A stretch of 64,000 bases of DNA from Camelus ferus (GCF_009834535.1 NC_045707.1:48114001-48178000), one strand, 5' to 3'. Counted from the first letter of the stretch, positions 1 through 13,541 are shown. Notes: generated from the letters alone by a model not told the origin. Numbers and translations: made by a program.

Positions 1-330
1 GAGGGCGGTGATTTCAGCAGGGGATTTTTGCTCCACGGAGGGAGGAGTGTCTGAGTTGGGTTTTTTTTTTTTTTTCCTACTTGGCACAGCTGGTAGTTCT
101 CTACTGACTGGTGTTTGTTTTGAAGTCACGTGGCAAAGGGGGTTTCTGCCAATGTTTATTCATTACACCTTTAAATATGACACTCTGATGCCCATTCACA
201 GATTCACTTCAGCGTTGCTCTCCAATTCTCCTGCCAGAAATGGAAAGTTTATTCACAGAGCAAAAGTTGCTTTCTTTGCAAATTCAGGTTTCATGCTCAA
301 CAGGCATCTTTTAGAACTGTTGCTTTTAAA
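1..330. promoter_or_regulatory. Possible promoter-flanking or regulatory segment at the window edge
   Basis: Repeat-free. GC box GGGCGG at 3-8, GTCACGTGGCA (E-box CACGTG at 127-132) and a poly-T tract at 61-75. No TSS is visible. Confidence 0.3.
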
Positions 331-534
331 AATATTAAATTTATTTATTTATTTATTTAATTTTTACATCATGTAAGATGACTGCTTGGCTGATCATGTC
401 TGCACTCTTTCTTAATCGGTACCACACTGATCAGAGAATAACTTTACAGTACAAGGAAGGTAGGCTCACAATGACTTTATACATAGCTACCCTAATATAT
501 ATAGAAACACTTTTACTCCTTTTGGGGCCCCTCC

Positions 535-865
535 CTTTTGGAAGGCCAATGTATCTCTGCTATATTTGTGGGGACAAGGCCATGTGACTTGTGCTGGCCA
601 GTGAACTGAGAATGACAGTCACTTCCTATCAGAGGATTTAAGAGCCAGTGTGAGGTTCATTACTTTTGCTTTTCCCTGTGCCTCATGACTGGCTGTGTTC
701 CATGTAGAGCTGCTCTGTCATCTAGGTCTAGCTGTAAACTCAAAGTAGACCAAAGCCTTGGATGACATGGAACATGAACAGTAATCAAGCTTTATTACTG
801 TGAGTCCCTGAGATCTGAAGACCATTTGTTACTGCAACATAACCTTGCTTATCCTGATCAATGCA
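535..865 (+). mobile_element. MaLR LTR, MLT1I/MLT1J-like
   Basis: Internal GGCCATGTGACTTGTGCTGGCCAGTGAA and 3' end TTGTTACTGCAACATAACCTTGCTTATCCTGATCAATGCA resemble old MLT1 LTR termini. Confidence 0.75.
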
Positions 866-884
866 GGTTACATACCAGAAAGAA

Positions 885-1112
885 CAGATAGAACCCAAGT
901 TCAAATCCTGGTTCTGCCATTAAATAGTGATGTGAACTTGGACATTTCTAAAGTACTGTGACCTTTACAACTTGAGCCTCAGTTTCCTCAGGGATGGGTA
1001 CAACAACTGTCACCTTCTGGATCTCACAGGACTGGTACAAGGCTAAGGTGACATCATTTATGTTACAGTACACTGTAAAGTATCATGCCTTTTATAAATG
1101 CAAGGCATCATT
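885..1112 (+). mobile_element. MIR SINE
   Basis: GTTCAAATCCTGGTTCTGCCA and core GAGCCTCAGTTTCCTCA. Confidence 0.8.
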
Positions 1113-1473
1113 ACAATTGGGTTTTCCCTCTTTTAGTGAGTTGCATATACTAGTCTTCACTTCCTTCCAACTTTCTAACAAATAAATGTTCTGAAGTGCA
1201 TCATCCTCACAACGTTTTACAAACAGTTAAGCACAGATACTCACATATACTTATCTGAGAATGGCACTTCTGCCTGTAGAGGAGCATTATTTTTAAGCAT
1301 CCAGCTTTGAGAGGGACACACGTGGAGTAATGTTGAGCCATATGGATACCTGCCTGGCCAGGCCAAGCCTGATGATTTTTTTTTGAGCCATGAGACCAAA
1401 CTGCTTCACTTTTTGAGAGAACATTATTAATGGTAGGAATACTATTATATTATTTATTTTACTAGGAAAAATG

Positions 1474-1745
1474 ACATAGTGAAAAGAACATTAGCTTTAG
1501 AATCATACAGAACTAGCACTTGGTAGTCTCTCAATAAATATTTATTGCATGAATGACTGAATCAGCTCAAATCTCACCAACAATTTCTAGCTGTGTTATC
1601 TTGTGCAAGATACTTAACCTCTCTGAGCTTCAGTTTGCGCACTTACAACATGTAAAACAATAATCTCATAGGGCTTTAAAAAAAAAAAGGATTAACGAAG
1701 GGATAGATGTCTGAGGTCTCTCAGTGTGCTCAGTAAAAATTTAAT
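1474..1745 (+). mobile_element. MIR SINE interrupted by an L2 3' tail (~1515-1562)
   Basis: MIR head and core (CTTAACCTCTCTGAGCTTCAGTTT) split by CTCAATAAATATTTATTGCATGAATGA, an L2 terminus. Confidence 0.7.
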
Positions 1746-2244
1746 AAGCCTGAAAGTTTCCTTTATTAGCTATGCTATGTCCTGGAGTGGGTAGCCGGCG
1801 TATAGAAAAGAGTGGGCTTTTGAGCTTGTTTGCAAGTTTCCATTAACGAAGTCTCCAGGTTCCTTCTTCAAAAATCAATAGCGTTTTGATAAGACCACGC
1901 TTTCTTTGCCATGGAAGCAATACCGTATGTGTGCACCTGAGGAAAGCATTTAAAATGCTTTTGACACGCAAAAGCTTCAAGGGCTCTGCTTTGGAAAAGC
2001 TTTCCTAACAAAAGGAACCACACTGCCTCCCATTGCCTGGTTTCTAGATTGGTTTTCCACCTCCTCTTAACTGCGCCGCCTTTATCTCTGGGTGCTGGTA
2101 TCTGCCTCTTTAATATACTTGCAAGTCCTTGAAAGGCCCCTCTGCAGGTGTTCCTTAGTATCAAACTTAGGAACTTACATCAGCAACAATAAGGTGGGTG
2201 GTGAACTTTTAAAAAATCTGCATCAACAAAGGGAGGAGAGGAGG

Positions 2245-2485
2245 AGCTATTGACATACACGGGGCTTTTCTGGGTGTTTATCATTCATTTAATCCTTGCA
2301 GCAACCCGGTGCGGTAAGCAGCTTCACTTCTTTTTTGCAACGGTGATTTTAAAACGAGGGCATCAGAGTACAAAGAGGTTCAGGAATTTGCCCAAAGTCA
2401 CATAACCAGTAAAGGGTGTAGCTAGAAACTGAATCCAGATCTGTTTAGTTCCCAAGCCGTGTTCTTTTCCTGCCACTGCCCTGCC
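2245..2485 (-). mobile_element. MIR SINE
   Basis: Reverse core GAGGTTCAGGAATTTGCCCAAAGTCACATAACCAGTAA. Confidence 0.75.
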
Positions 2486-2540
2486 TCACCGTTTACCAAC
2501 TCTTCTCTACCTCCGTGCATGATGTGATGGAGACACCCAG

Positions 2541-2790
2541 ACAGCATAGTGTGTTGTGGAGAGAGCCTTTGGAGCTAGGGGACCTGGGTTCTCACACAGG
2601 TAATGTCCTTTACTAATTATGTGCCCTTGGGCAGGTTACTTATCATCTCTGAGCCTCCAGTGCTTCATTGGTGAAAAAGAAAATCACTCCTTTTAGGCAG
2701 TGTCAGTGAGAAAACTAGAGACAATGTAATTGGAGTGAGTGCCTGGCATAGACGACGTTCAGTAAGTGAAAGCTATGAATATTACTATTG
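2541..2790 (+). mobile_element. MIR SINE
   Basis: CCTTGGGCAGGTTACTTATCATCTCTGAGCCTC ... GTGCCTGGCATA. Confidence 0.75.
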
Positions 2791-4209
2791 TTTTCCTCAA
2801 ACTAATCCCTGAAAAGGACGATGAACTCTACAGAGCTGTACTGGATGAGTGTCCAGTGGGCAATACAGATACCATGCAGATTTGAAAGGCAGTGCAAGAG
2901 AGATTGTTTTCTGCTTGAGTAACTAGATGAGATTGGAGCACAGTCACCAGACTGCAGATTTCACTATGGTAGGGATTGTGCTTGCTTTCCTTTTTCTTAG
3001 CATTGTTTCTCTAGGACCAGAACAATGGATTTGAGCATAAAAGTGTGTTGAATGACTGAATGAAAGTTTGTCCTGAAGGATGGATTTTGAAGGGGTATGA
3101 AGGAGACTATAGGGAAGGCAAATGGTGATTTCCAAAGATACGATGGCTAGGAAACCTGCAGCAGTTATGGAAGACAGAAAGGGAATGATACAGCTGGAAG
3201 AGAGATGGTTGGGTGAATAAATGGAGACATCACCGAAAGTGGGAGTTTTAAATATGACATGACAGTCAGTTGGATCAAATACTGCAGAGTTTGAAGAAAG
3301 GCTAATTCAATCATCAGGCAATGCAGAGACCAGTGATTATCCTTATTATAAGATAATCATAGTACTAACTCATCTGGGTGTTGTGAGTATTAAATGAAAT
3401 ATGACTTGGAAAGAGCTTAGCCCATTGCCTGGCACAGACTAGGCACTCAGTACATTAGTTATTATTCATATCAAATTGTTGTTTATCACTTTGTGACATT
3501 TCGGTGAGTGATGATAGCAGAGATTACCATGGAGGTAGAAGCAACAGACCAGAGAGAGTGTGGGCGTCAGTATTTATGGAGAACCTGTGAGTATGAAGCA
3601 CTCTTCAGGCCCTCTGGAGACACAGAGATGAAACATCCTCCCACCGATTCTCATAACACTGGAATGTCCCTCAAGGACCTTAGTGCCTGGGGTAGAGTTA
3701 ATGTCTGCATAACAGGTACACTATTACTAGCTAGTTTTGTAAGTTGATCTTGGGATTTCTTCCTGTGATGTCTCCTGAACAGTCAGTTTCCCTCCTGCAT
3801 CCAAACACCATCGTGAGGAAGAAGGGTGGGGAATAAGGAGGTCTGGTGTCTGGCCTTTCTCCAAATGTGACTGAGTTACCTAAAGCAACTGTTTAAATTC
3901 TGTGATCAATCTGAGATCACAAGATGGACTAAATTTACTTGGATTTTTCCCCTGATTCCAGCAGCGTGGGGTCTCATGAGGAAGAACAGAGGAGTCGTAG
4001 ACTAAATAAAGAGCAGTTTTCGAACGAACGTTCTCCACATAGCTGAGTATTGCGTTAGCAGTTTTATGACCCACTGTGTGAGTACTTAGATAACTATAAT
4101 ACAAGGCAGAAAGTGATAAACATGGAGTACATAAGTGATGTGGGAATTTGGAGGAATTATTTCAGCTAATTCAGGAAAGGCTTTGTGGGGGAGATAGAGT
4201 TGGAGCTGC

Positions 4210-4522
4210 TTTTCTCTCCAACATTTGATTTTGAAAAATTTAAAACAGACAGAAAAAGGGAAAGAATTAGAAAATGAACACCCATATATCCTTCAGTGAG
4301 ATTCAACATTTAGTAATATCTTGGTATATTTGATTTCCCTCTGTGTAAAAAATATTTGCATATGTATATATACGTATATATAGTAAACATTTATTTTTAG
4401 AAACATTTGAAAGTAAGTTGCAGGCATCATGACACTTCATTCCTAAATAATCAGCGTGCATTGCTGAAAAACAAGGACTTTTCTCCAACATAGTCACAAC
4501 ATAATTATCACCGAAGGAAATG
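4210..4522 (-). mobile_element. L1MC-type LINE 3' fragment
   Basis: CATTTGAAAGTAAGTTGCAGGCATCATGACACTTCA...AAAAACAAGGAC is typical of the L1MC4/5 3' end read antisense. Confidence 0.7.
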
Positions 4523-4640
4523 AGAAATCATGACTGAGCTGGATTTTGAAGGAAAGGTAGGGCTTGGGTTTTGATGATCAATCATAGGTCCTCTTGGGCA
4601 GAGGACACAGGATGAGTCCAAGCCTAGAAGCAGTCACCTG

Positions 4641-4703
4641 TTTTTCTTTTTAATTGACGTACAGTTGGTTTACAATGTTGTGTCAATTTCTGATGTATAG
4701 CAT
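4641..4703 (-). mobile_element. Short L1 3' terminus
   Basis: TTTTTAATTGACGTACAGTTGGTTTACAATGTTGTGTCAATTTCTG is an antisense L1 end with poly-A. Confidence 0.65.
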
Positions 4704-5298
4704 ATCTATTTTAATCCCTTCATTTGACGGGAAACAGCTCCTAGGCCAGAAAGCTGGACTGATATGCTAAAGGCCACAAAGGGAGTTTGGAAAGAGCTGG
4801 AACCAGCAGCCACATTTCCTGATTCCTTTCACGTTGCTCCCCACCACACTCCTTTTCCTGGCATGGCGCTAAATTTAGAACACAACACTCTTGGTTCCTA
4901 TACAGGGGCACCTTTAAATCCCTCTCAGTTAAAAAAGCTTTTTGGATGACACCTTTCTGTGTGGGTTTCCAAGATGTTGCCAATCCGAATCCTGCCAGTT
5001 CTGGAAGATCAGGGTTTAAACAGGTGGAGAAATAGAAATAGGGATGACGAACTGCACAATAAGTCATAGAAAAAACCAGGAGTTATGTCCCAGGTTCCCA
5101 GAAAAAAGCAGGGCTGTCACCTGTGTGGGCCTTGTCTCCATATCCTAACCCCACAGCCTGTGTGGCCTGGGTCCCCTCCCCGCCTCCTGCTTCCCACAGC
5201 CAGAGAGCCTCCAGCAGGCACAAGGAGGTTGCTGGGCTATGAATCAGGACTCTTAAATGCTGTCCACTTCTACTTCTGATTAACGGTGTGGCTTTACA

Positions 5299-5495
5299 CA
5301 GTGCTTCTCAATCAGGAGTGACTTTGTCCCCTAGTGAATGTTTGGCCACATTTGGAGACATTTTTGGTCGTCCCAGCTACAGGGTGTCATCTGGTTGATA
5401 ATCCCTGGGGATTCTCCTAAGCATCCGACAGTGCACAGGACAGCGCCCAACAACAAAGGATTACTCAGTCCAGAATGTCAGTAGTGCTGACTGTA
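5299..5495 (+). mobile_element. MER20 (hAT-Charlie)
   Basis: CAGTGCTTCTCAA start, TTTGGAGACATTTTTGGT, GTGCACAGGACAGC, CAGAATGTCAGTAGTGC. Confidence 0.85.
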
Positions 5496-5784
5496 GTCTA
5501 TCCACAGGGGACACCTTGAGAAAGGCTGTTCTGGATAATTTCTAAGATCCTTCTCTGCCCTCCTGTTTTTCAATCCAAAAAATGCAGATGAGTAACAAAT
5601 ATACTTAAGAATTCCTGCCTGAACACAGGGAGGAATATGGTAACAAGAAGTGATGATCCTTCTTAAAACTTCCTCACACAGGCATGTACCTTCATGCCCA
5701 CAGGCACACGGGGTGGTCAAGTGTGTACATGGTGAGGCTTGAGGCCGACCCATCTCTCCAGCTTATCCGACTGTCCAGGCATGT

Positions 5785-6850
5785 GGGCCGCCTTTCACTT
5801 CCTCCAAGGTGCCATGCTTTCTCCTGCCTTTGGTTATTCCTCATTTGCTGGCTGATGTCCGACTCTTCCCCCTTCTATTTCCAACACACATGCTTTGGCT
5901 AAAGTTTACTCATCCTTCAGGTCACAAGCTACCCATCACTTCCTCAGGGAAGCCCCCATCACTTCCCATTCTCTTACTCATTACACATCATGGCGATTAC
6001 TTATACTTAAACAAATCTGTCAGCCTTCTAGACTATAAGCTTGGCCAGGGTGCAGACAACCGTCCTGATGTGCTATGAGTTGCTGGCCCCTACACACTGA
6101 GCCTTTTAGAAGGCTCAGTAGATGTTGAATGATGGAATGATTGATCGAATGAATGATTAGCAGGAAAATACAAAGGAGCATGGGATAGCGATTACAAAAA
6201 GGGGAGATGCAACCTACAGCATCCAGCTTGCACAGAAACTAGGCTTGGTCTTGGGGGCAGATAGACATTGGGTATAACCATGGAAAATACTGATTCTAAC
6301 TGAACCTTCATATCTTTCCTCTGTGATACCACCTGAATTATTTGAATAAAAATGAAATCTTTCCTTGACAGGAGCCCTGGTGGCTTCCTATTACATGTGC
6401 AGTGAGGTTCAAATACCTCCGTATGACATATGAGTCCACGAAAGGCGAGTCCCTACTTTGCCTCATCTTCCACCACCTCCTCCATCCGTACCCCCTACCC
6501 TTTCCTGCAAAGCAAATGCTTCATTCTCTCTGAAATACACTCGAAGCTCCCGTCCTGCCATCTGGCCAACTCTTACTTGTATTTTAAGCCTCAGGTTAAA
6601 TGTCACCTCAGTGTAAAGACTGTTTCAAGTCCCCCAGTGTTAGTCACTCAGCATTTTCAACTCTAATAATGCTGTGTCTTTATTTAGCACTTAGAGCAAA
6701 ATTATTTGTTTTCATGCATGTCTCTCTCACTAAGAGGTGAGCGGCTCTGGGCAGGGGCTGTGTGTAATATACTCATCTTTATTTCCTATGGCAGTGCCTA
6801 GTCAAAGGGAAGCTCTGTGAGTCCTCTCCTCGTGGAGTGAATGAATAAAA
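5785..6850 (+). mobile_element. L2 LINE fragments (two 3' pieces, ~5785-6158 and ~6355-6850)
   Basis: TCACTTCCTCAGGGAAGCC, CTAGACTATAAGCT and GAATGAAT tails. Confidence 0.65.
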
Positions 6851-9222
6851 AGAATGAAAAGAAACAAAGTTGGAATATGACAGTGGATGCAATTTCTAAG
6901 TTTTTCTCTGTTTTAAAATATTTTCTTTTCTTGAATGACTACATGGGGATGGAAATGGAGGTTGCAATAGGGGGCAAATAGCTTCTTTTAAAAATCCAGT
7001 TTTCCACTTTTATGTTTTCTCTTAGGACCAACTAGATTTCAAAGTGCTGTATAGTATGGACATTGTATTCACCCTTCATGGCTATTTACGGTTTGGTAGC
7101 AAAATCTTTGTTCAGAATGCACATACCTTTGATTTCTGACAAATAGAAAATAGCTCTTCCTAATTACCTTAAAATTAATGCTCTGCATATATTTTTAAAA
7201 TACGGGCTTTTCTTGTAAAAGTTTCCTTTCTGAGACACATAAGCTTCACCCTTTCCCCATGTTGGGAGTGGGGGATGTTTGATTTACATTTATCTTTTCT
7301 TCTGATTTTAAGTGTTTTTTTAAACTGTTGTTATTTTTTAATTCTCTTTCAGTCACTCAGCCCTGAGAAAATCTCATTTCCCCTTCACCATCAAGGATAT
7401 TATTGTGAAAGGTTATTTGTTCTGACGACTCTTTGAAGTTGTGTCACTGGCCTGGGATACTAGACTAATTAAAAAAAAAAAATCCACATATCTCAGTGGA
7501 CTGACTTCTTAAGAACCTGTGATTCCCTAACCACCCAGTGCTGGGTCTGCTTTGCTCAGAAGGCATGTCTGCGTCATACCCTTGTTGACTGAGCCCACCC
7601 TTCCCTGCCCAGTAGAAGCTGGGAAGGGTTTGCAAAGTAGCTGTTCAAGCACTGGGGCAGACGCTTTAGGAAGAAAGAATGCTTTGAGGGACACCAGGTA
7701 TAGCCAGAATCTCCAAATGGGGAAAGGGGCCTGAGAATTTTTGAGGGAGAGAGATTCTTATTCCTTTCAGATCAGCCTAGGTTTCAGCAACATCACAATA
7801 GATGTAAAGGAATAGAAGGTAGTGGGTTTCAGTTATATGTGTCAAACTTAACATATTCCACTTTAACCTGGCTAAAACATTCCTAATGTCATCTCTAGGA
7901 CTGTCAAGAACAATTTTTGTGGGTGCACATGTGTTTGTGCACGTGTGTGTGTTTGTATACATGTGGGTTTGTACATGTACATTTCCATCCTGCAGGGACA
8001 ATTGTGTTTTGGTTTACAGGTATAGAGTCCTGTTTCCCTCTGTCACATGACCATGGGTTTTGCCTTACTCAGCAGGCCTTTTGTCTAATGCATTGACATC
8101 TTAATGAAAAACAAAAGGTAGATTCATCAAAAGAGACAAGATTACTTGAATCATAAATGGAGAGCATCAGGGAGGCTAGTAACAATAATAATAATAAATT
8201 GCAGCTATTGTCTACAGAAACTTGCTTTTCTAAGGTGCTTTTGATAATTACCTGTCAATGTTTCCGTTTCAACACCCGCTCCATGAATTGATGGTGTCTA
8301 TTTATATCACATGAAATTCTTGTATTTGCATCTTGAAGTGCATTCCATTCCCAGGCATGAATAGAGCAGGGGTTATTTTATTTTTCCAGGAGGGGAAAGT
8401 GCATTGTTGAATCTGACACATGTGAGCATTGCTTCCTGGTTGAAGGGAAGCAAAACAAAGCAACAAGTGAACATCAACCTTAATAAAGAAGCAAAAGGAG
8501 GGAACTGTAGCTTGGATGGTTTGGGGGCAAGCAGTGTTTGTGTCTCTTGAAAGTTGTCTACCTCGTTATCTCTGTCAGGTGATGTACTGAAGCTTCTGTG
8601 AAACGTCAGTACAAGGGAAGATGGGAGAAAATGGAGTCAGTGAAGATCTATGTTAAAAGTGTAGGAACTTCAGGGATTGTAGTTTGTCTTTATTTAAAGA
8701 ACATCCTAATATGAATGACTGAATTTAACAAAACTACAAGCATATGAAGAGAATAGATGTTTATTGATTTAGTTCTTCATGGCTTAATTCATAGAAACAG
8801 AAGTGGGGGGATTTGGTGCACAGGACAATGTAGTTGGGAACCCCCACATTTCCATCAGAGGAGGAGAAAGTCCCCTATCAGGAGATCTGTCAGGTTTGCT
8901 ATTGTGTGACTTAGGACGACTGGTTTGTCTGCTCTCAGACACAGATTCTTTATTTGTTAAATGAGAAAGTGGGCCAGATCTCATCTAGCCCTAAAACTAA
9001 TTTTTAAAAATCTTAGTATCCCTAATTCTTTACACAGTGTCTGACATAAATCTGGGGAATCCCCAGGGTTTATTAAGTGAATAGACAAACAAAGGAGTGT
9101 TTCTCTTAGGCATGATTACTTGTGCAGGTCCCTCTTTCAGTCAGTTAGATGGATTTCAGAATTACAAGGGCTGTTGGTAAGGATGATACATTTAGTAAAT
9201 GCACATCTGATTTCTTACTATG

Positions 9223-9746
9223 TGTGGAAGGCAGCCTCTAAGATGGGCTCCGGGGACTCCCACCACCTGGCATGCACATCTTCTGTCACCCTCTCCTTGA
9301 GTGTAGACTAGACGCATTGACTCACTTTAACAAGTAGAATACAGCACAAGTGGTGGGTAGTCACTCCTGAAATTAGGTTGCCAAAAAGCTGTGACTTCTG
9401 TTTCGTTTCCTCTCTCTTTCTCAGAGCCTCTGCTCTGGGGGAAGCCAGCTGCCATGTTGTGAGCTGCCTGTGGAGGGGCCCGCATGGCAGGGAACTGGTG
9501 TCTCTGGATGGCACTCAGCAGACCAAAGGCTGCCAAGAGTCACATGCATGAGCTTGAAAGTAGATCCTTCCCTAATTGAGCCCTAGAAGGACTGCAACCC
9601 TGGTGGACGCCCGACTGCAGCCTCACCAGAGACCCTGAGCCATGCCCAGATTTCTGACTAACAGAAACTGAGGTTGTAAATGTTTTTTATTTTAAATTGC
9701 TAAGTTTTGAGGTAGTTTGTTACACAGCAATTGATGACTAAAATAC
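9223..9746 (+). mobile_element. MaLR LTR, MLT1F-like
   Basis: TGTGGAAGGCAGCCTCTAAGATGG start, GGGGAAGCCAGCTGCCATGTTGTGAG, end TTTGTTACACAGCAATTGATGACTAA. Confidence 0.85.
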
Positions 9747-9834
9747 CATATTGCAAAAAGACTCATAATTTAAAGTGCATATAATCTAAATAAGAGATAT
9801 GACAAATATACCAATAACGATTATGTATAGTTAT

Positions 9835-10215
9835 AATATTAATAGTGACCAATTCCTACATAGCACTTACAATGTGTCCCAAACTAATATATACACACAT
9901 ATATTTATATAAATATATATACACGTATATTAATATTTACACACATACATATATACATATATAAACATAATATGCTATACATTCAGTCTACATATAAAAT
10001 ATATACACATAAATATGTAGGCATATATCAATATATTTTAACCTATTCATTCCTCACAACAGCACTATGAAATACATGACATGGCCATCCCCATTTTACA
10101 GATGAAGAAATGGATTCACAGAAAGGTAAATTACCCAAGGTCTCCCAGCTCGTAAAGGTAGGAATCTGTAGACCAGAAGTTTAAACCCAATTTCCAGATG
10201 ACTTGCTCTTTACCA
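9835..10215 (-). mobile_element. MIR SINE with internal (TA/CA)-rich expansion at ~9885-10040
   Basis: CCCATTTTACAGATGAAGAAA core; low-complexity ATAT/ACAC tract inside it. Confidence 0.75.
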
Positions 10216-11145
10216 GAAAGCTTATTCTTCATAAATAAGTTAAGGAAGTAACATGAAATGATTTTAAAGGCATGATTCCATCCAATTTGAGGGATAAGAA
10301 GATTTTATGGAGGAGGTGAATGATGAGATGGGGGGATTAAACAGAGTGAGATAGAAGCTTGATAGAAACAGTTCCCTGTTGCAATGGACTGAATGTGTTC
10401 TCCTGAAATTCACTACATATTTTGTTAATTGTATATAGTTATTGCTGAAACTGCCGCCAACATTTATTCATTCTTTTATTAATCATTTCTTTCTTTTCTT
10501 GTGCCAGCAACATGCACACATTGTTTCATATTCAATTCTACCCAGCGGGTAGGGATGAGGTCAGCCTGCAGTGGGAGAGGAGGCTGCAGCTTCCCGTTTT
10601 CTTGTTGGGTGTGGGCTGCCTGCTAGAGAGGTTTCAAGGCTCCCATTCCACAATCTGAGATCTCAGGAGTTCGACTCAGATGCAGAGTCTCATTTTCAAA
10701 GGTGTTACATTTACATAATTTTACAGCTGGGGATATTAGTAGCTGAGGTAAATCAAATAAGTTTGTGCCTCTGCACAAATAAAAACTACCTCCCTTTCCC
10801 CAGGCCCCCATCATCCTCTTATAACCACTCCTCAGGTTCTGGCTCTTTTTCAGACCTCCTCCCCACACTGCATCTCATGCTTGGAAATAATTTGGGCTTT
10901 GCAGCCGTTTCACTCCGCCCCACCTCTGTGCACCATCCATAAAAATACAAGGTGGTGGAGGAGGGCAGGAGCCTCCGTCTTCAGAGACTGGATTGAAATC
11001 TTGTTTCTGTACCATCGGAAACCTAGTGATCACCCTTTCCTGCCTAGCCAGTTGCAGTGGCCTCCTAACTTCCTCCTTGTTCTCTGTCTTGCCTCCAGTT
11101 TTTCTCTCCATATAGTGGGCAGACTAACCACTCAAAACAATTTGC

Positions 11146-11390
11146 TTTTTTTTTTTTTAATTAAAAACAGTATATGAATACAGTTAAAAAAAAAAAGGTA
11201 AGTTCAAAATTGCATGCAATAAAGTCTTTCAAGTCAGCTCTCTAGTCCCCAAGGATTTCTTCCTAGAAGCAACCACTTTTACCAGTTTACTGCATATTTT
11301 TCAGAGACAGTTTATGTACATACATATACATATAAGATATACAGGTGTATATTTTGATGAATTTTTTTCTTTTATACATGAATGTTTTTA
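11146..11390 (-). mobile_element. Old L1 (L1ME-like) fragment
   Basis: Poly-T followed by CCTAGAAGCAACCACTTTTACCAGTTT. Confidence 0.55.
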
Positions 11391-11434
11391 ATACATAAGC
11401 TGATCATGATGGACAACAGAAACTCTCTATTAGC

Positions 11435-12422
11435 CTTCAGAAAATGTACAATATTTTTACATTCCTTCAAGCCCTTGCATGATCAGGCTCCTCCCTGATT
11501 GTGCAATCTTGTCTCATGCTATTCTCCTTTTCATTTTGTTTTTCACATGGAACTTAGTTCCACAAACATCTAATCTAACCACCTAACATTCTTTGCATAT
11601 TTCTATCTTTGATCAGGTAGCTCTCTGGAAGGGAAATTGTGTCCTCCACATATATCGTATCTATGCTCAGAAGCCATATGGTTTGTATGGAACAGATTCA
11701 CCTTAGGGTTCAAGGATACCCAAATCCCATTCTGCTGACCAAAATGAGTGTTTCAAGTAGCCAAGACTTAAATCAACCAGGAGGCATCCACTGGTTAGAA
11801 AGGCTGGTTTGAGGTAGCCTAATCAGCATAAAGAGGGAACTTTCTCTCTCTGTGAATATAAACAAATAAACTCTGGTTGTTGTTGGTAGAATAGAAACCA
11901 AGAGACTGAAACCAACATGTAAAATTTGGCAGGACAGTTAGAATCTCAGAGAAATAAAATTAGGGCCTTGATCAAACTTTGCCTGAAGCTATCCCAATAA
12001 AAACCTTCTAGTGTTTTAAGCAAACTTGCATTGAGTTTTATTTGACTTGCAGTCAACTTAAAGCATCCTGATACACCCCTTCTTCCCCACACTGATCTTC
12101 ACATATCTGGCTAACTCTTACCCAGCCTCCTAGCCTCTTAAATGTTACCTCCTCTTCAGAGAGGCTTTATCTGACTTCCCCAGGCTAAGTTGGGTCTTCC
12201 TTTTATATGTTTTCCTTACACTGAGGCCTTTTCCTCTGGCATACTTGTCACAATTTTAATGAAAGATGATTTTTTAATGTCCCTCTCCCCCAGAGGATTG
12301 TAAATTAAGTAAAATCTGGACTATGTCTGTCTGGTTCACTGCTCTAGCTCCAGGTTCTGGCATACACCAAATCCTTTTAACTGCTCAATAAATATTTTTT
12401 GGATGTAAAAGTGAATGAATGA
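11435..12422 (+). mobile_element. L2 3' region interrupted by an MLT1K/L-like LTR (~11620-12075)
   Basis: TTCAAGCCCTTGCATGATC and CTCAATAAATATTT...TGAATGAATGA. LTR end GACTTGCAGTC...AAAGCATCCTGATACA. Confidence 0.65.
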
Positions 12423-12599
12423 TAAAATTTATTATGGATAACTTGATCATTTATAATGATTTTTAAATTAAATTTAATAATATTCCCCTAAATTGAAGGA
12501 CAGTTTTTTAATGTTTGATCAAACTTGGGCAAAAATGTCCTGAGTCCCCAGGATATTTTACTAGATGTAATCTGGTTCCCATGACTGAATTTCCGTTGA

Positions 12600-12850
12600 G
12601 GGGAAGTGTGGGTGATAGTTAAGAGTCCCATTCCAATGCAGATAGGAATCCTGGATTAGAAACCTGGATCTTTCATACACTGGGTTTCTGGTCTTGGGCA
12701 AGTAACTGGACTTCTTTAGGCCTCAGTCTGTCTTTAAAATGAGGATTATAATGGTATCTGCCTCACAGGGTCATTATGAGGATTAGATGGTATAATGCAT
12801 GTAATGCACCTATCTCAATATTAAGTACTTGCATACAGTATTTTCCATCA
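12600..12850 (+). mobile_element. MIR SINE
   Basis: CTTGGGCAAGTAACT...GCCTCAGT...AAAATGAGGATTATAAT. Confidence 0.75.
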
Positions 12851-13382
12851 CATACTGAATACTTATAAAAACTTTACATGATATATGTAGCTTCTTGCTA
12901 TTGTTAATATTATTTAGAATCAAACCTTAATTTCTAGGCCCTCAAAATGAGATTTCTCTGAACTTTATTCTAGGGCTTTAAGGGGCTTTACTTATGAATG
13001 ATTTAATATACATAGGGTTGACCAAATGCTGGATTTTTTTTTTTTTAATTTCTGCTTGATTCAGATTCTTGTGATTTTGAACAGCTGTTGTTCTTCAAAA
13101 AAGAAAATGGATTTGAAGGAGTATTCATATTGATTTATTGTTGGTTGTCTGTGGAAATGTAAATAGCCCTGAATGTGCCACTCATTGGGACAGGACAGTG
13201 CTTTTCATAATGGACAAAATAGCCTTGTTTCACTTTAATAACCTGCTTGTGGTTAAACCAGTCATGGGATTCCTTAAACACAGCAGAATGCCTGCTATTG
13301 TCATTTGCATATCAATGAGCAGACATCTCTGTGCTGTTGCCATTACACAGCAATGCCATTTCCCTGACTTGGGAACTGTACT

Positions 13383-13541
13383 GCAGGGTTGAGATGTGAA
13401 ATGCACATGGCTGTCTCTTTCATACAGAGATGCAAACACTAAGCATAGGCAGCAGCTGCTGAAGCAGTTACACAACTAATCTATTGTGTATGTATAGAAG
13501 TTGTAAGGGTTAGGAAGGAGATCGCCCATCCCCAATACCTT
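13383..13541 (+). repeat. Copy A of a diverged ~155-bp local duplication
   Basis: Colinear with 14395-14550. Identical blocks GTGAAATGCACA, CTGTCTCTTTCAT and TAGAAGTTGTAA. Confidence 0.9.

Noticed and set aside
8..376. 122-aa ORF
   Set aside because: Non-ATG start, poly-F from a T run, no recognisable domain.
9708..9730. let-7-like TGAGGTAGTTTGTTACA
   Set aside because: It is the standard MLT1 LTR 3' end; no pre-miRNA hairpin.
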